A stretch of 64,000 nucleotides of DNA. Source: Alphaproteobacteria bacterium (GTDB taxonomy: Bacteria > Pseudomonadota > Alphaproteobacteria > Bin95). Location of the stretch: contig CBDBGH010000003.1 of NCBI GenBank assembly GCA_965205265.1, positions 864,001 to 928,000 of the forward strand. Reading direction: 5' to 3'. Under the pieces are notes generated by a model. That model saw only the letters and a program-made list of their open reading frames with translations. It searched no databases and had not been told where the DNA came from. Both the position numbers and the translations under genes were made by a program. Below are positions 61,821 to 64,000 of this stretch, in pieces; position 1 is the stretch's first letter, and each line of letters starts with the position of its first letter.

Positions 61821-62903
61821 ATGGGATACCCCGATGCGCCGGCGCCGATCCGCGCCGACATTCTGGCGGCCCATGCCCGCGCCTGGGCCTGGATCGCCGC
61901 TCCGGGCAATTGGCTGACGGGAGCGGAGCGCGTCGCCATCGCCGCCGAGACGCGCCATGCGCTGGACTGCCGGCTATGCGCCGCGCGCAAGCAGGCGCTC
62001 TCGCCCGAGACGGTCGCCGGCGAGCATGACGGGCCGGGCGTTCTCGAGCCGCCGATGGTGGAAATCGTCCACCGCATCGTCACCGACCCCGCACGCCTGA
62101 CGCGCCGCTGGTTCGAGGCGCGGCGGGCCGAGGGCGTCGAGGTCACGCGCTATGTGGAGACGGTGGGCGTGACGGCGGTGACGGTCTCGCTCGACACCTT
62201 CGCCCGCTCTATGGGTCTGCCGCCGCGCCGCCTGCCGGAGCCGGAACCGGGAGAGCCGTCGGGCTACCGCCCGGCCTCGGCGCGCATGGAGGAGGCGTGG
62301 GTCCCGCTGATCGTGCCGGGCGAGGAAACAGGGCCCGAGGCCGACCTCTATTCCGGCACGAGAGGCGCCTACATCCTAATGGCGCTGACCCTTGTGCCGC
62401 AGGCGAAGCGGGCCTTCTTCGACCTTGTGGAGACGCAATATCTGCCAAGCCGCTGGATGCAGGCGTTCGATGTCGAGCACCGCGCCATCAGCCATGCGCA
62501 GATCGAGTTCCTGGCAGCGAGGATTTCCGCGCTCAACCAGTGCGTTTACTGAACCACCAGCCATGCGCTGCTGCTCCGTGAGAGCGGCCGGACAACAGGC
62601 GACAGTTACGATCTGGACGCAATCGTGAGCGGCGGCGGCGGCGGGGTCGCCGCCGGCGAGGAATTGGCGGCCTTCGCCGAGGCGGTCGCCGGGGAGGGCG
62701 ACATGGCCGCGGCGATTTCGGCGCTGCGCCGCGCGGTCGGCGATGCCGGCTGGGTGGACGCGGCCGGCGTGGCCGCGACCTTCAACGCCATCGACCGCGT
62801 GGCGGACGCGACCGGCATACCGCTCGAACCGAAGAAAGCGGCAGTGTCGGCCGATTTCCGCGGCGAACTCGATATCGACGCCTGGGCCGAGGCGCGCGGA
62901 TAA
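61821..62903 (+). CDS. AhpD/CMD-like alkylhydroperoxidase-related selenoprotein (Sec at TGA 62550-62552)
   Basis: QIEFLAARISALNQCVY-TGA-TTSH reads as CxxU; the frame stays open into ORF 62625-62903; hairpin after the UGA. Confidence 0.8.
62570..62588 (+). promoter_or_regulatory. Candidate bacterial SECIS hairpin
   Basis: GCTGCTC-CGTGA-GAGCGGC starting 18 nt after the UGA, G in the apical loop. Confidence 0.6.
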
Positions 62904-62914
62904 GGAGGAGTCCC

Positions 62915-64000
62915 ATGATCGAACGCAAGCACGAGGACGAATTCGTCGTCGTCTCCAACGGGATGCTGGGATACGGCTTCCGCGAGGAGTCGCTCCGGGA
63001 TGCGGTGGAGGCCGGCGTGGACCTGATCGCCTGCGACGCGGGCTCCAGCGATCCGGGGCCCTACTATCTCGGCACCGGCAAGCCGTTCGTGGGCGATGCG
63101 ATGATCCTGCGCGACCTGCGCCTGCTGGTGAAGGCGGGCGCGGATGCGGGCGTGCCGCTGATCATCGGGTCGGCCGGCGGGGCGGGCGGCGACGGGCAGG
63201 TGGACCATCTGCTCGCGCTGCTCGGCCGGGTGATGGAGGAGCTCGGGCTCGACCGTAAGGTTGCCGTGCTGCGCTCCGAACTCGACCGGGGAACGGTGCG
63301 CGAGGCGGTGGAAGAAGGCCGGGTGCGCCTGTTCGAGACCGGGGCGGCGCTGACCGTCGAGGATGTCGATGCGGCCGCGCATATCGTGGCGCAGATCGGC
63401 CCGGAATCCTACTTCCGCGCGCTCGCCGAGGCGCCTGACATCCTCGTAGCGGGCCGCGCCTGGGACGTGTCCAACATCGCCGCGCTGCCGTTGATGCAGG
63501 GCCGGGACCGCGGCCTCGCGCTGCATATGGGCAAGATCCTCGAATGCGGCAGCCTGGCCGCGCGTCCGACCGGCGGCGGGGACCTCATTCTGGGGCGTCT
63601 GCGCGACGACCACTTCATCGTCGAGCCGCCGCATCCGGACAAGGCCTGCACCGAGGCTTCCGTCTCGGCGCACACCTTCTACGAGAAGTCGGACCCGGTG
63701 ATGCTGGCGGGGCCGGGCGGGTCGGTCGATCTGCGGCGGACCCGGTTCGAGCAGATCGACCCGCGCCGGGTACGCGTCTCCGGCAGCGCCTTCCGCGAGG
63801 CCGAGCGCTACACGGTCAAGCTGGAGGGCGCGCGGCTTGCCGGGCACCGGGCGCTGACCGTCGGCGGCGCGCGCGATCCGGCCTTCATCCGCTCCATCGA
63901 CGCGATCCAGGAGGCCGTCCGCGAGAAGATCCGCGAGACCCAGGCGGGGTTCATCGACCCCTCGCAATACAGCATCACCTTCCACCGCTACGGCCTGGAC
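62915..64000 (+). CDS. AtuA/DUF1446-family protein (truncated by the window end)
   Basis: AAGGAGG RBS; GMLGYGF, DAGSSDPGPYYLG, AGRAWD, HMGKILECG, AHTFYEK; absent from the ORF track because no stop lies in the window. Confidence 0.85.
   Translation, partial: MIERKHEDEFVVVSNGMLGYGFREESLRDAVEAGVDLIACDAGSSDPGPYYLGTGKPFVGDAMILRDLRLLVKAGADAGVPLIIGSAGGAGGDGQVDHLLALLGRVMEELGLDRKVAVLRSELDRGTVREAVEEGRVRLFETGAALTVEDVDAAAHIVAQIGPESYFRALAEAPDILVAGRAWDVSNIAALPLMQGRDRGLALHMGKILECGSLAARPTGGGDLILGRLRDDHFIVEPPHPDKACTEASVSAHTFYEKSDPVMLAGPGGSVDLRRTRFEQIDPRRVRVSGSAFREAERYTVKLEGARLAGHRALTVGGARDPAFIRSIDAIQEAVREKIRETQAGFIDPSQYSITFHRYGLD

Overview
High-GC chromosomal segment, most likely from an alphaproteobacterium (inferred from the rpsF-rpsR-DUF2232-rplI-cfa, ccmABC and msbA-DUF374-kdtA-lpxK gene orders). 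Housekeeping genes (r-proteins, ilvD, apt, lipid A and cytochrome c maturation) alternate with catabolic and transport genes (TRAP and Liv-type ABC transporters, Co-type nitrile hydratase, amidase, TauD/PhyH dioxygenases, thiolase/OB-fold pair, iodotyrosine-deiodinase-like nitroreductase). The main signals are: (1) a complete IS110 element (30334-31459) whose non-coding left end reads as a bridge RNA, with four guide segments that match its own target flanks and circle junction; (2) an AhpD-like selenoprotein candidate (61821-62903, CxxU, in-frame TGA plus SECIS-like hairpin) that the ORF track splits in two; (3) three different IS630 elements stacked end to end on shared CTAG sites; (4) an NCS2 permease fused to a degenerate anti-sigma-kinase-like domain; (5) tandem cfa paralogues with patchy divergence; (6) small candidate defence/TA insertions; (7) a REP-like ~155-bp repeat array inside the lipid A operon; (8) a TRAP solute-binding gene broken by one TAA. 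All calls come from reading motifs by eye; no database searches or folding programs were run, and start codons are best estimates.
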